Shown here piece after piece: positions 61,310-64,000 of a stretch of DNA of 64,000 bases. This DNA is from Anthoceros angustus (Eukaryota; Plantae; Anthocerotophyta): positions 274,704-338,703 of the forward strand of contig MU008198.1 in the NCBI GenBank assembly GCA_010909165.1, in the 5' to 3' direction. The translations under genes were made by a program, and so were the position numbers. Every line of letters starts with the position of its first letter. Position 1 is the first letter of the stretch. The notes beneath the pieces are model-generated. The model saw only the letters and a list, made by a program, of their open reading frames with translations, searched no databases and had not been told where the DNA came from.

Positions 61310-62705
61310 GTGGCCAAGGGGAGGCTCATGTATGAGCCCTATATAAGGAGGGAGTTTTGAGAAGAAAAATATCGTCATGCGCTCCCAAACTCATGTAGTC
61401 CTTTGCTCCTTGTAGAGGAATTTCGGTTTACCGCAGAAGCTAACGCAAAGGTCCGGTAGAGAGGAGTTTGGCGGTGGTCGGAGTGCTTGGCTGGAGGGCT
61501 TGCTCCTTGCGGGCGCCCGCAGTTGCTCCCTTGTGAATGGTTGCCGGAAATTGCTTTGCTTTGGGTGTGGCGATGCTCAAGGAACTCTCGCTTGAGGGTA
61601 AACTACAGGAAAGACTCGAGGTTCTCGCCCCGATGCAAACTCACAGCAACCTCGCCCAAGGAAGAACTTGCTAGCCAGTGGTGCACCAGCCAGAGGGTGA
61701 GCTTAGCCAGTGAGCTTGAAGTAAGGTTAGATTAAGAGGATGAGGAGTTGAGTTGAGGTGAGTGTTGAGGAGAATGTGGAGCCGAATGTTGAGTAGAGGA
61801 GTAGATAGAGATAAGGAGTAAGAAGAAGGCCCAAGTCGAGCCTAAGGAGGGGTCCCAACCGCACTCAAATCGAGACCGGAAGCTGGGCTAAGGTCTCAAA
61901 ATCATGGGGTGGAGAAGTCGCGCTGCGCCGTAGGGGGTCCCTACGTGCGTAGACGGTGGACCTACCACCATAGGGCGGGACCTATGACTGTAGGATGTCG
62001 TTGTAGGTCCAGGAGCAGAGATTTGACGGAGCAAAGGCGAGGTGTCGGGTCCGCCGCCAGGGAGTTTTGAGGGCGCGCCAGTTGTAGTTGAGCGCTGTGG
62101 CCGGAAGTTGGAGAGGCCTGAACTAGGGCGAGGTAACCCATGTCAGCCAGTGCGACCTCACCGTGGTAGGATGCGCCTGCATGTGTTGGGATAGGGTGTC
62201 TCCTCCCCACGTAGGAATGAGGGTGTGCTAGCCCACCAGTGCACTAGATCTCCTACAACCTCTCCATGTGGTAGGAGGGGTAGGCCCTACAATTGTTTGT
62301 TGTTGATTTTAGGTCCTGAGGCGGCGATTCGACGGAGCAACATGAGCGTACCGCCGTAGTTGGTGGTTGAGGATGGGCCAATTGTGGGAAGGCAATGGGA
62401 AAGGAATAGTGGACATCTGGTGGTGAAGTCGCTGCAACGAGGGGGTCCCACGGGCGTAGCTCACGACTCCGCCGCGTGCAAAGGTGGACCTATAGTCGAG
62501 GGGTGTCAAGTAGGTCCGAAGATGATTGACGAGCAAAGACGGTGAGGCGCGGGGTCAGATGTGGAGTGAGTTGAAGTTGATCCACTGTGTGAGGGAGCTT
62601 GGGGAAGAGGTGTGTGGTTTGTGCCTTGATGCCGTGACCGACAAACAAGAGTCTCAAGGGACGAAACCTATTGTACTTAGCAACAAGGGATAAGTGTGGC
62701 TACCA
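61310..62705 (+). repeat. LTR family B, copy 2 (longer than copy 1 in the 3' part)
   Basis: Homology to 56140-56959; CCTATATAAG TATA box near 61338. Confidence 0.75.
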
Positions 62706-64000
62706 GAGGGTGAATCTCGTGGCCCGGATCCGCCTCCTGTGAGACCCGCCAGTTGAGAGCCGAGTCACACTGGTGCCGTGAGTTTTTCTAGTTGTAGGTT
62801 GTCTTTCGCCGGCGTGAAGATGCCCATCGACAAGGCTGATCACCCCAATTAGTGTTGATGCGTATGTCAAATGAAAATACGTCATGTACCTAACGCAACT
62901 CAATAACTATGTTTTTGACACCCGTCATTATTGCAGGGTAATTGGGCAAACTTGGAAACAGGACACTTTCAAAGTGTGCACCGGAAAGTGATTAGACGAG
63001 CTCAACAAGCATCACTTTGTCACACCACTTGTTAGAACGTATCGATGTCCTTTTTTCAGTCGAGCTTGGAACTGGGCATCTAAACCAAGACCTGACAGTA
63101 GTCGCGGAGAAAAGAGCGAAGGTAAGGTTGTAAGTCATTGGACCATGAAATCAGTACAATGTTGTTCCTCTGCCATGTGGGTTGACCCTATGCGCAGATG
63201 TGGCTGTGTTTAGAGTTTGCGCTTTTACGTCCATAGTTGCCGAAAGCCGAGGTGAGAGAGCCCGCAGCCAATCATTAGGAGTCAATTGCCTCAGAGCTGG
63301 TTATGTACCCATATTTCTTACAATTTTTGTCAAGGTTGGCAACCTCGTCGACAGGTCGATCACCGACAAATTCTATATATACCGCCTCTAGCCTAATAAG
63401 CCGTTATGCATGTTGTCCTGTGAAATTTTTTTATGCGTGATGTCTGATCACGCTTATCGATCAACGCCATTCTGCTTTCCTACCAACAGGTTCGACAGTG
63501 TGCTAAACAATAAACGGTCACCATGACACGAGCACGAGTCAATATACAATTAAGGTTTGTATCCTGCATCTATCGAGTGCAAACAAAAATTAGAAAATCT
63601 CTTAAATTACCATATTCCGCCACACGCAGTTGTCGCCCGCCATCCTGTGAATAGTGTAAGAAAGAAGTTTGTGGCTTTGGATGCTGTGTCTCGATACAAT
63701 TCCTCCGAGATAGAACTTTGATAAGAAGGTGAAGTCCCAAAGTAAAAAGACCTATATTTTTCATCCTCAAGAGAAAAAAGAACTATAAGCCGGGTACCCC
63801 GAGCAACAACTTTACGACCAATGCACTGCCCCACCTCTCGGTCTGCAGAAAATTTGCCACCGCCCCGCCCCACTCGCCGCCTTTACGCCAGACGCATTCG
63901 GCGCACGGGCCTAGAACGGTTCGCGCTAACGCCAATCGTTTCGCCGTGACGCCCGCGTCCGCTCCTAATACATAACATATGTGGTTCCATTTTAGGATCA

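Overview
Eukaryotic, plant-lineage (streptophyte-like) genomic DNA: a small gene island in a sea of nested, decayed transposons. 1-4155 is the 5' half of a minus-strand Ty1/copia element (LTR, tRNA-iMet PBS, gag, protease, integrase) with an unexpected extra ~250-codon ORF between PBS and gag. About 6.7-10.5 kb looks like a decayed CACTA element. The gene island holds three intronless plus-strand genes: a mitochondrial calcium uniporter, an orphan Pro/Ala-rich protein and an O-fucosyltransferase. A three-exon minus-strand membrane-protein gene with a 10-aa Pro/Asp repeat follows (30641-32908). After a single N at 36660 come a ~750-bp bacterial-type PA14/cytochrome-c fragment and a degenerate copy of the membrane-protein gene lacking its repeat. 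The rest is at least two Ty3/gypsy elements (one with a PHD finger, a long intact extra ORF and a B-A-B repeat end), two LTR families present in two copies each, hAT- and Sola-like transposase remnants, and a 31-bp minisatellite. Sequence after 36660 is indel-rich and may be low-quality assembly, so frameshifts there may not be real. Family assignments are from motif recognition by eye, not database searches.
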